From Octopus sinensis (taxonomy: Eukaryota): a stretch of 64,000 nt of DNA. A program made the translations under genes and the position numbers. The notes beneath the pieces are model-generated. The model was given only the letters and a program-made list of their open reading frames with translations, was not told the origin of the DNA and did not search any database. This document shows positions 51,599 through 64,000 of this stretch, piece by piece; position 1 is the first letter of the stretch; each line of letters starts with the position of its first letter. The DNA lies in assembly GCF_006345805.1 (NCBI RefSeq), contig NC_043000.1, positions 10,416,001 through 10,480,000 of the forward strand, read 5' to 3'.

Positions 51599-52159
51599 CT
51601 TTGCTCAAGTTAAGGAAAAGAAATACGGCATTTAAGGTGAAAAGAAAAAGGGAAAAACATAGGATAGATGAGCCAACAAAGCGGCCTCTAAAACGACTTG
51701 ACTTCCTAGAAATAGCAAGCGTTCTTCAAACTGATGGTGGCCAGCAGGCCAAAACTTCAAAGTAACTGTTACCCATCTTATAAAAGTTTAATAAACATGT
51801 AGTCTTCTAAAATTATCGAGTAATCTTTCAGTTTAGTATTGAACTTCACATAAAAACTATATACACACACATGTACATATTTAAGCCCATAGTTATAGTA
51901 CAAAACACTATCCCAAGATGCTACTCAGTAGAACTGAAACCATGTGGTTGAGAAGCAAATGTCTTAAGCATATAGCCATGCTGTGCCTTTTGTGTATATA
52001 TAGATCCTAACACAACATATTAATATTCACATTTAGAACAACCATTCTACATAAACAGATGTAAAACAAAGAAAATAAAAGTGCTACTTTGTATCAGGTG
52101 ATAACAATACAAAGTAATATGATTCAAATTTCTCATACAAAACTATGATTAAAGGATAC
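51599..52159 (-). other. U12-type (minor spliceosome) GT-AG intron, 561 bp
   Basis: 5' site GTATCCTTT (52159-52151); branch TTCCTTAAC (51617-51609) 10 nt before the AG; no polypyrimidine tract. Confidence 0.92.
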
Positions 52160-52283
52160 AGTATATGACCCAACTCTGTTTAAATATTTTGCTTTATTCC
52201 GAGGATCGTTTGGTGTTTGGTCTTTAGAGGTATGGTTCACATCATCACCATCACTATCATTGTCAATCACAATATCTGGCGAA
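52160..52283 (-). CDS. ZC3HC1: ZC3HC1 exon 2
   Basis: SPDIVIDNDSDGDD...RNKAKYLNRVGSYT resembles human TSKEAFFSRVETFS; ttttgttgtag acceptor, phase 2-0. Confidence 0.9.
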
Positions 52284-53734
52284 CTACAACAAAATAAAAG
52301 AGCATTAATCTTTTAGCATTTAAACCAGCCATATCCAGCCTAAGTATTTTACCTGTTTTATGTTCAAACCAACCACATCTTACTGATGCCCTACAATACT
52401 GTTCTAAAAAAAAAAAAACAATTGCAATAAAAATTTCAAAGTCATGAGATAATGCATGAGTAACTGAAAACAATGTGAATAGATAAGCATTACATTTGAC
52501 CAAAAAAATCTGAATGCTAAAGGGTTAACAACAGCATGCATATAAATGTAGCACAACAATATTTGACATTTTCTTTTAAAACTAAGGTCTCAAACATTTC
52601 ACTTGACTATTGTGAAACAAAACTAGAAAAACTCCAAACTGAGAACATTGCTCGTAAATAAATCATCTACCTTTCATTACTGAACTCCCTACCATTCAAA
52701 TTGGTTCCCTTGAGCCATAATGAATAATGAAAAGCAACTTGTTAGTATCAGACCCCCACCCCAGTTCAATATAAAGCAACAAGTCATTCATGAAATTTTT
52801 CTTTGTGTACATGCATGCATGAGATAATCTGTCTCAGCAAAAATTATTTAGTAAAGCTTGTATATTTAGATAAGTTTGAATGTTGCTGTAGGAAGATGAG
52901 GATAATAGCAATCAGAGTCCTTTATTGAAAAGAGGAACAAGAAAGTTGCATACAGCTGACTAAAAAAGTGAGTGGATGACGGTGGTGAAATTATAAACAA
53001 GTGTCAAGATTAAAGAGACTATTAATTCTGAGGAGAATTTTTATTTTCTTTCTTATTTGCTTTCTTTTACTCTAACATACTGGAAGCACTGGGTAATATA
53101 CTGGTGGAGTTGCCCTTCATTTTAGCATAGAGTACTTTCTCATTAAACCAATTAATCTTCAGTTACCTCTTTGATTGCCTCAGTTATTTCAGCTCTGAAT
53201 TCAGACATAAAGATTGAAGTTGAAGGACTGTTAATGATAGTTGGATCTAACAATCATTTGAAAAAGATAACTACCAATGAAGTTGTTATGTTGTTAGTTT
53301 ATTGGTTGCTTTGGAAGTCTGAAAAGTACCAATGGGCACTACTCTTCCTCCTAACAAAGTGATAAAGAAAAAAAATTAATAATTTTCCCAAAATAATTCC
53401 AATTATTTGTTGAATAGAAATAGACAGTTTTTTTGATGAGAAAAAGGACTATTGTTTATTTATTTCATTGTATTCACTGCTCCATCATTACAAAAATACA
53501 AAGGAGAGAGATCTATTTTCCAAAGTCTCTGCTAGTTTCACTGAATTATGGCAGTGGTTGAAAGTTATGTGCTGCTGCTAATATACTGAAGATACAAACT
53601 AAATGTGTTGTTATACGTAGCAACTGTTTCCTTATTATTAATACAAGGAGAGCAAATCTCTCATAAGTTTTCTGCTATCTATAAAAAGAAGTTAATAGTT
53701 TCTGTTGTGGTGATAGACATTAACACAAGTGTGT

Positions 53735-53961
53735 TTAACCCTTTTGTTACAGTATTTATCTTGAGATGCTCTGTGTTTCTTTCAATTACTTTAAATATAA
53801 CAAAGAATTTAGTAAAATAACTTAGTTATCATTCAGATAGTGCTAGTAACATAAATTGTGACTAAGGTTTGGTGGAAGATTTTAATTTAAAACTATGAAA
53901 ACAAGACATTTGTACTCAGAGCCAGAGCCAGTTTCAGCTGGGTTGGAAACAAAAGGGTTAA
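53735..53961 (+). mobile_element. Solo piggyBac-like TTAA MITE (monomer of the 18 kb array)
   Basis: TTAACCCTTTTGTTAC ... GAAACAAAAGGGTTAA. Confidence 0.85.
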
Positions 53962-54054
53962 AAGATGGACTCATCGGAACGTTTATCGCTGATGATAACA
54001 GAGGTATTTTGGGAGTCTCACATGACCAGTAACAGATGTCGCATGAAGACATTG

Positions 54055-54290
54055 CTTTACCTTAACTTGACAGCATTCACCCAGGGTGGTTTGAGTTAGC
54101 TTCATTCATCCTCAATGCTGTATTTCTCACAAATGCCAACCAGGCCTGGAGATTTGAGGCTAACGACTGCGTGATCTCCAACCACTCCTTATTCCAGCGG
54201 CGACCGCCGTAGATGTGGGGGGGCCTAGGTTGGGTTCCAGATCAGCCTCGACTGTCATCAGCCAGGTTTTTCGTTGTCCTCAACTTCATT
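54055..54290 (-). mobile_element. RTE LINE 3' end
   Basis: KTWLMTVEADLEP...RRWNKEWLEITQSLASNLQAW...PG*; typical RTE C-terminus. Confidence 0.7.
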
Positions 54291-54989
54291 AACTCATATA
54301 TCCAAACATTAAGATATAAAAGTTCAAAGTTAACTCTACCAAATACATGTATTTCTTTCACCAACTTTCCTTGATGATTGTTGTTATCTAACACAACAGC
54401 AACATTTATTGAGCAGATACCTATAGCATGTCAAATGACAAATATAGAGTTCCAAGTACCCTAGCATCTATCTGCCATAAGATCACACTGCATAATAAGG
54501 CATGTAATGGCTGTTATGTTGCTATTTAGCCCTAAGTTAGCAGAACAATGAAAAGCATTCAAACCATGACCCTCTTATGTTCCTTAACGTGCCTCAGACT
54601 ACTTTATCCAATATGTACTTCTCTTTTTAAGATGGATGTGATTTGAGGTAGATCTGACTGCTTTTTCAAGTGACTGGAAATCTTATTTTCTCCACTGTCT
54701 GTAGTAGAGGTAAATGAGAGTATCTAAGGGATTGCAACAGTTGCACCTCAGGTGACGTGTACACTACAATGGTGAACTAAGTTAATGAGATCATTGATAT
54801 TGCTGCTATTATTCTTGTGTAAAAGTATTTTTTAATATTTGTATAGACATATGTGGAACAAATAGTGTTGTAGTGATGTTCTAGGTGTTGTAGATTGTGA
54901 AATAGATAAACATGTTCTGATATCAAATTCCAGCCAATCTGGCTTGGGTTTTTTCCACTCCGTAGATCAATAAAATAAGTACTATACTA

Positions 54990-55330
54990 GGTAAGGGTAA
55001 AGATCTCCCTTTGGTCATGAATGACCCTGGGATTGCACCTAGAAAGTTAAGGAACAAATTCGGGCAAGGTTGTTTATGGAAGACCAGCAGTCGCCCATGC
55101 ATACCAGCTTCCCCTCTCCACGTCACTGATGCTATCCAAGGATGAGGCAAAGGCCGATACAGTTTGCCACCAGTGGTGTCGCAACTCATTTTTACAGCTG
55201 AGTGGACTGGGGCAACGTGAAATAAAGTGTCTTGCTAAAGAACACAACACCCCCCCCCCCAGTCCGGGAATCAGACTCATTACCTCATGATTGTGAACCC
55301 AGTGCTCTAACCACTGAGCTATGCGCCTTC
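54990..55330 (-). mobile_element. tRNA-derived SINE with (TTTACC)-like tail and 12-bp TSD
   Basis: AGTACTATACTA at 54978-54989 and 55331-55342; head GCGCATAGCTCAGTGGTTAGAGC. Confidence 0.9.
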
Positions 55331-56739
55331 AGTACTATACTAATAATATATAATTTGAATCTACTGTGCTCCCTACCATTCAAATTGGTTCCCTTGAGCC
55401 ACAATGAATAATGAAAATTAACTCGTTAGTATCGGACCCCCACCCCAGTTCAATATAAAATTCTTTCTGATTATTTTTTAAAAGGTGGCTGTAGAGAGCT
55501 GAGTGAATAACTTATTGAATTTATATCCGACTGAAAATCAAAGACCTGAAATATTCAGCAAACAAAACGTAAAATGTTTGTTTAGTATTTATCCACTTTC
55601 ACACAACAATGTAATACCATATACTTCGTTTATATAACATGATATGACACCCTCAACACAGGGGTTAGTTATATCACCACACAGTCATTGCATTTAATTT
55701 TATAAAAAGTTGAAGTTCATCAATTAACTGTAACACTAGTCTTGTCTTATTCTTAATTGTATTTCGCTTATGTGACTGAATTCTTCAGTATCTGATAGTA
55801 AATTGAACATTCACTTTAGATTTTAGCCGTGACCATCGATAATTCAACACACATACATACATATATATACAAACACACAATCAGGTGTTATACATAAATA
55901 TATTGAATAGTTACAGGCATTAAAATTAACAAGATTTCATAAAATAAATGATTATGCAGTGATAACTTAATCTACGACTTACTTACAGTATCCCATTTAT
56001 GACATTTCCAATTAACCCATTCTTCAATTAATTATAATTAAATAAGAACAACTATTTTGATGAGAAATTCATAAAAGGACTATTGATCATACAACAGTTC
56101 GGATTCATGAAAAGCAAATATGTACTTAAATTTGAATTAAATGATATCATATAATTTTTCTCCTCTGCTTGATTTTAGAGACAGGATGCATTAAATAGGT
56201 TAAAGGAAACTTTAAGAAATATGTTCAAATCGAAATAGAAAATAATATATCCTTGAAACAGAACTCAGTTATAATATCTTTTTTAATAGAGTATTTATAA
56301 AGATTATAGATATGAATGTTTCAGAATTATTGTGAATGAAAAACACAAGAATATTGACGTTATTACAATAAAAACAATGTATTTCGGTGGTTTCTTTCCT
56401 TTTAATTGAAACTTTACGAGATTATTTGAGAAAGACGTCATTAAGAAAACAGTTCAAACGCTTCAAATAGTTTCTCTAGGGATAGTTATGAAAATCAAAA
56501 TATTATCCCATTTGGGTTTGATTCGATTTGAGTTATGAAAAACAAATACTATTTACAAAGATTCCACTAAATAAACCAACGTTAAATTTACCCCGGAAGT
56601 TGTGAATTTGAATTAATGTTGCAAGATCTGACGTCGAGAGAGAATCAAAATACCAGTTGTTGGCTATTTTTAAACAGGGAACCGTAAAAATAAAACTGAT
56701 AATTTAATTAGATTATCATTATTTTTTGAATTTACTTAC

Positions 56740-56822
56740 ATTTTCGGGCATTTACCGACACCTGTCGATATAAACGACGAGAGTAGATTTTTCACATCGA
56801 CTCTTCCTGACATGTTGGCCAT
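56740..56822 (-). CDS. ZC3HC1: ZC3HC1 exon 1
   Basis: aaaaATGG start; MANMSGRVDVKNLLSSFISTGVGKCPK; donor GTAAGT in phase 2, matching exon 2; CpG-richer surroundings. Total CDS 2049 nt = 682 aa. Confidence 0.8.
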
Positions 56823-57117
56823 TTTTGTTCATCGACAAATGGAGGTTGTTAGGCGGTGTTCGTTCGTTATAGTTATCTTGTATATAATATTCCGTCACAG
56901 GTCACCAAAAACTAACATCTCTAACGATAAACATTTACCTATTATAATACTGATGCGAATAAATTAACCACTGAAATATTATTTCTGTGTTATTATTTAA
57001 TTTCGTCTTTATAGAAAAGGAATAAAACACATTTATTGATTATCTAGTTATTCTGTAGAATTTTGATTTAATGGAAGGAATATTTATCTCCACCGCTCTT
57101 AACCGAGCCCCGAAGTC

Positions 57118-57184
57118 ATGGCAGAGGGAAGCAGTCCAATGTCGTTGCTAAAAGTCCAGACAATAATTCCTCGACAGAGCGATG
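57118..57184 (+). CDS. Putative first coding exon of an unidentified divergent gene
   Basis: gtcATGG context, MAEGSSPMSLLKVQTIIPRQSD, donor GTATGG; CpG-richer promoter-like region shared with ZC3HC1. No confident exon 2 in the window. Confidence 0.45.
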
Positions 57185-59314
57185 GTATGGTTTATATTAA
57201 AAAATTCTTTCTTAAGGGAAAACGTATTTTGTCGTAGATCCACTAACCTGAAAATATTTATTTAAACATTAACAGAAACTACATTATTAACTGTATTCTC
57301 TCGACCCAGCTACTCACTATGTTTTATGACATTTTAGTTTCCAAGATGTGTCCATCAGCTGGAAGATACTGTCTGCAATACTTGAAGATAGGTTTGTGAA
57401 TTTACGGCTTTAATTAATTCTAGTACTCTGGTAGGATCAATTGAAAGGATGCCCCTGCATTAGTTGTTGTTTAATATTTACGTTAAGCCTGGTCATTTCT
57501 GCTGCTTATCCGTATTTTCCCTGGATACAATACGCCCAGGTCCACATCATTCAATGTGTCTTTTTAAAGACAGTGTAGTGTCATTTGCCTGCTATTTCTA
57601 GCAGGTCAAACGATTGTATGGAGGCTTCTTCGTTTGTCTCAAACTGCAGTTTGTTCCATGCTTGTGTGTGAACAGTATCGTAGTACAGAGTTTGTAAGGA
57701 GTTTAGACAACAGGATTCTTCTAAACAGCCAACCATGCCTAAAATGTTAGAATTCTCTCTTCTTTCTCACCATATACAAATTCAGATGCTACTTCAGATT
57801 CGCATCTCGCTTAATAGTTCACTTTTTTGCCATGTCGCATTTTAAATCTTCCTATTACGCTCACATTCGTGGAGCTATAGAGCCTCTATGCAGTCACTCT
57901 ATTTGCTAGAAACAGCAATCAACTCTCCCTCGAATTACAGCCCACCGTCTTATAAAAAGGAAGGACACATTGACCATAATACTATCCTACACGTTTGAAA
58001 AGAAATTAAAGGATAATTGTTACTGGAATATCTACTATATCACAGAATTTGTATATTATTTCTTGCTCAAAGTTCCCGTAACAAATGGTATATATTACCA
58101 TAAATAAGCAGGAAACAAAAAAGGCTTATTCGTTTCAGTGTGGAATTTTTCTTTAATCTTTATCTCTTCTTTATTTTTACCTTTTAAGTCGACGGTCTTC
58201 GGTTATTGTTTTTTTAAAAATCGAAGATTTAGAATCTTCCAAAAGTTTTTGTTTTAATTAAAAAAAAAAAAAGGAAATTTTGGAGGGTTAACAGATTTAC
58301 ACCTCCAATATATTTTTTTTCTTTTTTGATTGCATATAAATATATTTCGTTTGCATTTGAGGTACATATGAGCATTAATCTATTTCGCTTACTGAAATTT
58401 TTTACTTATGATTACGAAATATAAAAAATTATTACTGCTGTAAATGCCGAAACCGGCGGAGGTAAAGAATACGTTCACAGACCGTTTTTGGCGTAACAAA
58501 AACCCTGTTCCTTACCCGAAATACCCGGGTGTACGTATTCTTTACTTTCACCCCCCGAAACTGTAACCAAGTTCTTATGAAAAATATTTAAAACTTTTTT
58601 TAAATGTAAAAGAAAAAAAAAAGGTTCTGAATCTTTGATATTTAAAGCAGAAAATCCGAACCCTCGTTACAGAGTGTGTAAGAGGTAGGTAGGTGTACTT
58701 GAAGGCGTGGGCTTCGAAATAGAAACGTTTTCAATATTGAATTAGTTCTTGCGCATGCGTGGACGTGTGTGCATGTTTGCAAACAATTCTGTTTGGACGC
58801 GCGAAAACATGCGTAAGTATTCTAAACCGTGACCGTTCTGTCTTTTAAAAGCTCTGCAACCGTGATCATGGCGAAGCGTTGCGATCGTGACCATCCCGTC
58901 TTTTAAAAGCGTGTCAACTACGACCATCTCGTCTTTTTTGAAGACCCAAATCTCCCCCATACCCCACCCCGACTTTGGATGATCATAACTTGCAGAAAAA
59001 CGGATATTTTTTCAATGAAATTTTCAACGAATATGTGTTATATCATGTAGATTCCGAATATACAAAAACGAGTTTTTAAAGATGAATTTATCATCTATCT
59101 TCTTTACTTCTATAAACCTCTGCATCTTCACTTATTCATTTCAAACTTTGAATTTTAAATTTAATGTAATCCATACTCTCTATCTAAAATTTATAGGTAA
59201 AGAAAGAAATAGCAAAAAAAGGTTAATGTTTACATCTTGACCCGGAAATGAAAATTAAAAAAAAATATATTGAAATGTGTGTAGAACAATGTGTAGGATA
59301 GCAAAGATTCGAAA

Positions 59315-59880
59315 ATGGAGGTGGAGGTGAATTTTCCGAGGGTTCCACCCCACCCCGTTTTCCGGACCCAAAAAAGGGTTTTGTAGCATATTAGGAGGTC
59401 ACCGGAATTCAGTCAACAAAAAAAAAATTCCAATGATTCTGGGATGTGGGGTGGGGTCCGGTCCCCCCCCCCCACCCTTTTTTTCCGAGCAAAAATAAGG
59501 GGTTTGCAGCATATTATGAAATCAGATTACTTGATTCCATGCAAAAAGTCCGAGTTTTTTTTTTTTTTCTTTCTTAGTGAAAATTGTGCTGGTGAAATTT
59601 ACGAGGCTTCCACCTCACCCCCACCCCGTTTTCTGGACCCAAAAATGGGTTTTGTAGCATATTAGGAGGCCACCAGAATGCATTCAACCAAAAAAAAGAA
59701 AATTTCCAATGATTCCGGGATGTGTGTTGGTGGGGGGAGTTCTGTTCCCCCCCCCTTTTTTTTTCCAAACAAAAATAAGGAGTTTGCAGCATATTAGGAG
59801 GTCAGGGTACTTGATTCCTCACAAAAAATCCGAGTTTTTTTTTCTTTTTTTTTTTTCAGTCAAAGGATTAAAATTTACCC
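59315..59880. repeat. Two about 267-bp tandem units, related to sequence at 13580-13940 next to the Helitron helicase
   Basis: Shared TTTCCGAGG..CCACC..ACCCC...TTTTGTAGCATATTA(G/A)GAGG motif. Confidence 0.7.
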
Positions 59881-59934
59881 AAAAATCTGTAGTTATGCCA
59901 GTAGTGGTAAATAACAACAGTTAACAATAAATGT

Positions 59935-60203
59935 GTGGCCTTACTGGCACATGTGCAGGTGGCACGTAAAAAACACCATTTGAGCATGGCCGTTGTCAGT
60001 ACCGCCGGACTGGCCCTCATGCCAGTGGCACATAAAAGCACCCACTACACTCTTGGAGTGGTTGGCATTAGGAAGGGCATCAAGCTGTGGAAACTCTGGC
60101 AGATCAAGATTGGAGCCTGGTGCAGCCATCTGGTTTGCCAGTCTTTAGTCAAATCGTCCAACCCATGCTAGCATGGAAAGCAGACGTTAAACGATGATGA
60201 TGT
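59935..60203 (+). mobile_element. SINE family B
   Basis: Two internal units plus (GAT)n tail. Confidence 0.8.
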
Positions 60204-60689
60204 GTGTGTGTGTGTGCTGTTGTCATCAACATGTTACACTTTCAAATTAATATTGGTTTCAAGTTTTGGCACAAGGCCAGCAATTTCGGAAGGGAGGTAA
60301 GTCAATTATATCGACTCCAGTGTTCAACTGGTACTCATTTGGGGAAGTACACCCACTCGTACTTTACTAAGATAAAAATAATCTCAGATTTTTTCAAGAA
60401 CTCTGACCTCCTTGCATGCTGCAAACTCCTTATTTTTGTTCAGGAAAAAAGTGGGGTGGGAAATCGGACACCCCCTCATCCTGGAATCATTGGAAAATTT
60501 TTTTTGTTCATTGAATGAATTATGGTGACCTCCTTATATGCCACAAAAAACTTCTTTTGGTCTGGAAAATTTACCCTTATTTTATCAACCTTAGTGGAAA
60601 TTGTAAAATGAATATATATATATATTTTTTTTGTAATTTTATTAACTATTTTGTAAGCTTTATTTATACAAGTAAACCAAATAAATATA

Positions 60690-61188
60690 TATTTTGGGTT
60701 GTCCAGAAAATTTGTGCCGATTTTTAAAGGAAAGAAAAAGGTCAATAAATACTTGCCATTACATTTTTAATCAACCAAATATGAACCATTTTGTTGCACG
60801 ATGCATCTTCCTGGAATTGAGGTGGTTTCATGGCAAAGAATTCATCGAAATTTTTACCAATAAGACTATTCTGCAGAGAACTGAATAAGTGGAAATCCAA
60901 AGGAGCAATATCTGGTGAATATGGAGGTTGGGGTAACACATCCCAGCCGAGCTGCAGCAATTTTTGTCTGCTTCCCAAAGCATCAAGTGCCGAAAATGAA
61001 CTTTGTTATCTTCCATTTTTAAAGGGTTAAGGTTAAAGGAACATAAACCTTCTTCACGAAAAGATAGCTTAAACTGTGCTCTAAATGGAGGTGTAGTCAA
61101 ATCCTATTTTATGGATTCGACCATGTTCTCAAATAAGTCGAAAGGTAAGCTACTATAAATCGGCACAAACTTTCTGGACGACCCAATA
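60690..61188 (-). mobile_element. Internally deleted mariner element
   Basis: TIRs TTGGGTTGTCCAGAAAATTTGTGCCGATTT / AAATCGGCACAAACTTTCTGGACGACCCAA; RQKLLQLGWDVLPQPPYSPDIAPLDFHLF (YSPDL motif). Confidence 0.88.
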
Positions 61189-62169
61189 ATTATATAAAAG
61201 TTCTATAATTATTTGGTTTATCTGTATAAATAAAAGGAATAATATTGGTTTCAATTTTGGCACCAGGCCAGCAATTTTGGGGAGGATGGGGTTAGTTGAT
61301 TACATCGTCCCCAGTGTTCAGCTAGTGCTTATTTTATCAAGCTCAAAAGGATGAAACGCAAAGTCGACCACAGCGGAATTTGAACTCAGAACTTAAGGGT
61401 AGTTGAAATGCGACAAAGCATTTTACCTGGCGTGCTAATGATTCTACCAGCGCGCCGCCTTCAAATGAATAATATTTAGAACTTTTTTGAATTATAGAAA
61501 TATTGAAAATCCAACATTATTTTAAGACACAACATATATATTTCAATATGATATGATTTCCTGAAAAATAGAAAAATAAATAACAGAATGCTCATAGAAA
61601 ATTTTTTTAAATGGATAATCTGGCAGAATCGTTAGAACGTTGGACAAAATGCCTTTCAGTTTTCTGACTCTTGACATCATGAGTTCAAATCCCATGAAAG
61701 CCAACATTGTCTTTTCAACCCTCTAGAGTCAATAAAATACAGCACTATTCAAGTGCTGAAGTTGATAGTATCAACTAAACCCAAAAGATTGCTGGCCTTG
61801 TGCCTAAACTAGACACAACTATTATAGGCCTACTGGTTCACTGTTGTCCTGGGACTAAACAGTCATAATAACTAACAACGATCTCATCACAGCTACCAAA
61901 GTATCCTCTGCTGGGTCACTGCATCTGTCAGAAATGGAGATGAATCTTCACCTGGAGTTTTGTATGCATGAAATTTGGATTTTAGGTAAAGATGTTTACT
62001 TCCCAACCATGTGGCTGGGTTCGGTCCTACTGTGTGGCACCTTGGGCTAGTGTCTTATACTATAGCCCCAGATATATCAAAGCCTTGTGAGTGGATTTGG
62101 TAGACAGAAACTATAAGAAACCCAATGTGTGTGTATGTGTATGTATGCGTTCATACATACAAATAGATA

Positions 62170-62686
62170 TACTGTAAATCCTCGAGTATAATCTGCACTT
62201 TTTTTCCAAAATTTAAAGGTCAAAATCCAAAATCCCTAGTGCGTACTATATGCGAGGTTAAAAATGAAAATTATTTTCTAAGTAATGTCCGCGTCTCTTA
62301 TTTGCTGTCTGGCAGTGTTTATTCAGACACATTTTGTGATGTTGGGTGCAAAAATACCTTAAGCTAAGCCTGAAAGCAATGAAGTCATAAAAGAATCATC
62401 CATAACTTGCAGTAAGCAACATTTACTAAAATAAAAGTATTCAGAACACAGAATAACATGTAACAAAAACAATTTGCAAACATATTTACATTCCCATATA
62501 ACAGTTAAGAACATAACCATTATTGTATTACACATGCGTGGAAGTGTTTGTTCGACTAGGTGCTGCTGGCTTAATTACGCACGTCTCAAGTTAGAGAAGG
62601 GGTGCGTATTATGCACAAGGTTTAGCTTTTTCAGAAGTACAGCCCCCTAAAAATCCCCTGCGTATTATACTCAAGGATTTACAGTA
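62170..62686. mobile_element. Tc1/pogo-type MITE (same family as 3891-4406)
   Basis: TACTGTAAATCCTCGAGTATA ... TATACTCAAGGATTTACAGTA. Confidence 0.85.
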
Positions 62687-62891
62687 TGTATATTTGTCAA
62701 CAGAGTTGGTATATTATAGTGTGTTCTATCATGTTAGCAGTGCTATTAAATCACCTTTTAAGGTTATCTTTACAGATTTTTCTATAGAAACTATAGCCAT
62801 CACTGATTTGTTAGTGTTTCATATCTGAATACATCTAATGTAAACAACAATGCAATTGAAGTTAGGAAAATAGGTAATGGGTGTATACTCT

Positions 62892-63268
62892 TTTACTTGT
62901 TTCAGTCATTTGACTGTAGCCATGCTGGAGCACCGCCTTTAGTCGAGGAAATCGACCCCAGGACTTATTCTTTGTAAGCCTAGTACTTATTCTATCGGTC
63001 TCTTTTGCCAAACCGCTAATTTATGGGGACGTAAACACACCAGCATCGGTTGTCAAGCGATGTTGGGGGACAAACACATACACACACATATATATACATA
63101 TATACGACGGGCTTCTTTAAGTTTCCGTTTACCAAATCCACTCACAAGGCTTTGGTCGGCCCGAGGCTATAGCAGAAGACACTTGCCCAAGGTGCCATGC
63201 AGTGGGACTGAACCTGGAACCATGAGGTTCATAAGCAAGCTACTTACCACACAGCCACTCCTACACCT
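62892..63268 (-). mobile_element. SINE family A
   Basis: Full-length reverse-complement match. Confidence 0.85.
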
Positions 63269-64000
63269 ATGTATATGCATATTTCAGGAGTTCTTGCTCC
63301 GTCTTCAGTACCACATCCAACCCATTAACCATCCACAGAATCATTGCTTAAACAGCTACTAAATATAGCAGTTACACCCCCATTACCTATTGTTCCACCT
63401 TCAGTTGCATTGTTTACATTAGACATATCTGGATACAAAATATCGTAACAAATCAGTTGTAATTTCTATAGAAAATCTGTACAGCTAACCTTAATCAATG
63501 ATTTAACAGCACCACTAACACTGTAGGACACAGTATTGACTTAAAGTGTTTAATATACTTTGTAGTACAGTATTATAAACCTATTACTTTAATACATCCA
63601 CTCTGTTGACACATATAAGAGTACCTATTTGTATGTATACACACACATGCACATATATACATTGGGTCCCTTTCAGTTTTTGTCTACTAAATCCACTGAT
63701 AAGGGTTTGATATATCTGAGGCTATCATAGAAGACACCAGCCCAAGGTACCAAGTAGTAGGGCTGATCCCAACTATATGGTTGGGAAGTGAACATGCATG
63801 CATCAAAGAATATGGTAGTATAGATCCATTATTTAAATACACCCATTCTGTTGAGAAATATATCAGGTCATCCCATAAGTTCTGTCAAGTCATCCCATAA
63901 GTTCTTTCTGAATTTTGAATAAAGAAAACAAGTGATCAAATATTATATTTAATTGAAATTTAATCATCAATGTACTTTCCCTGATTATCTATGACTTCCT

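Noticed and set aside
53166-53330. Candidate extra ZC3HC1 exon ending AAAGAG|GTAACT
   Set aside because: In the required phase (2-2) it contains stop codons, and exon 1 joins exon 2 directly in frame.
53690-53990. CCGATGAGTCC near a MITE, with a distant GAAAC
   Set aside because: No stem II partner or valid stem III after removing the MITE.
55255-55330. tRNA-like sequences at SINE heads (also 22055, 28170-28230, 50617)
   Set aside because: Acceptor/T stems are incomplete and they run into SINE bodies, so they are not tRNA genes.
57338-57391. 54-nt phase 1-1 candidate exon 2 for the divergent gene (VSKMCPSAGRYCLQYLKI); also a candidate near 63291
   Set aside because: Weak donor and no recognisable homology; the 63.3 kb candidate hits a stop after about 12 codons.

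Overview
AT-rich, repeat-dense eukaryotic DNA. The SINE, MITE and LINE families and the (TA)n/(TATG)n load suggest an octopus/coleoid cephalopod (inference). I reconstructed by hand two convergent protein-coding genes with consistent splice phases. CFAP107/C1orf158 (+; 3 exons, 7636-20381, 246 aa) has an RFX X-box 142 bp upstream of its ATG. ZC3HC1/NIPA (-; 9 exons, 56822-29176, 682 aa) has a GT-AG U12-type intron and an unusual ~290-aa low-complexity C-terminal tail. There is also a clean tRNA-Thr(CGT) gene (-, 848-921) and a probable first exon of a divergent gene ~300 bp from the ZC3HC1 ATG. The most striking unexplained signal is four unrelated minimal type-I hammerhead-ribozyme motifs with palindromic stem III (Penelope-type) within ~16 kb (12.2, 21.2, 25.9, 28.0/28.3 kb). 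Three of them sit in inverted-repeat insertions, and one of those is a tRNA-headed, hammerhead-tailed SINE-like element with a 12-bp target-site duplication. The rest is decayed CR1, RTE, Penelope, Helitron, hAT and mariner fragments, MITEs and several SINE families. All homology calls are from memory of the families, not from database searches; repeat boundaries are approximate.
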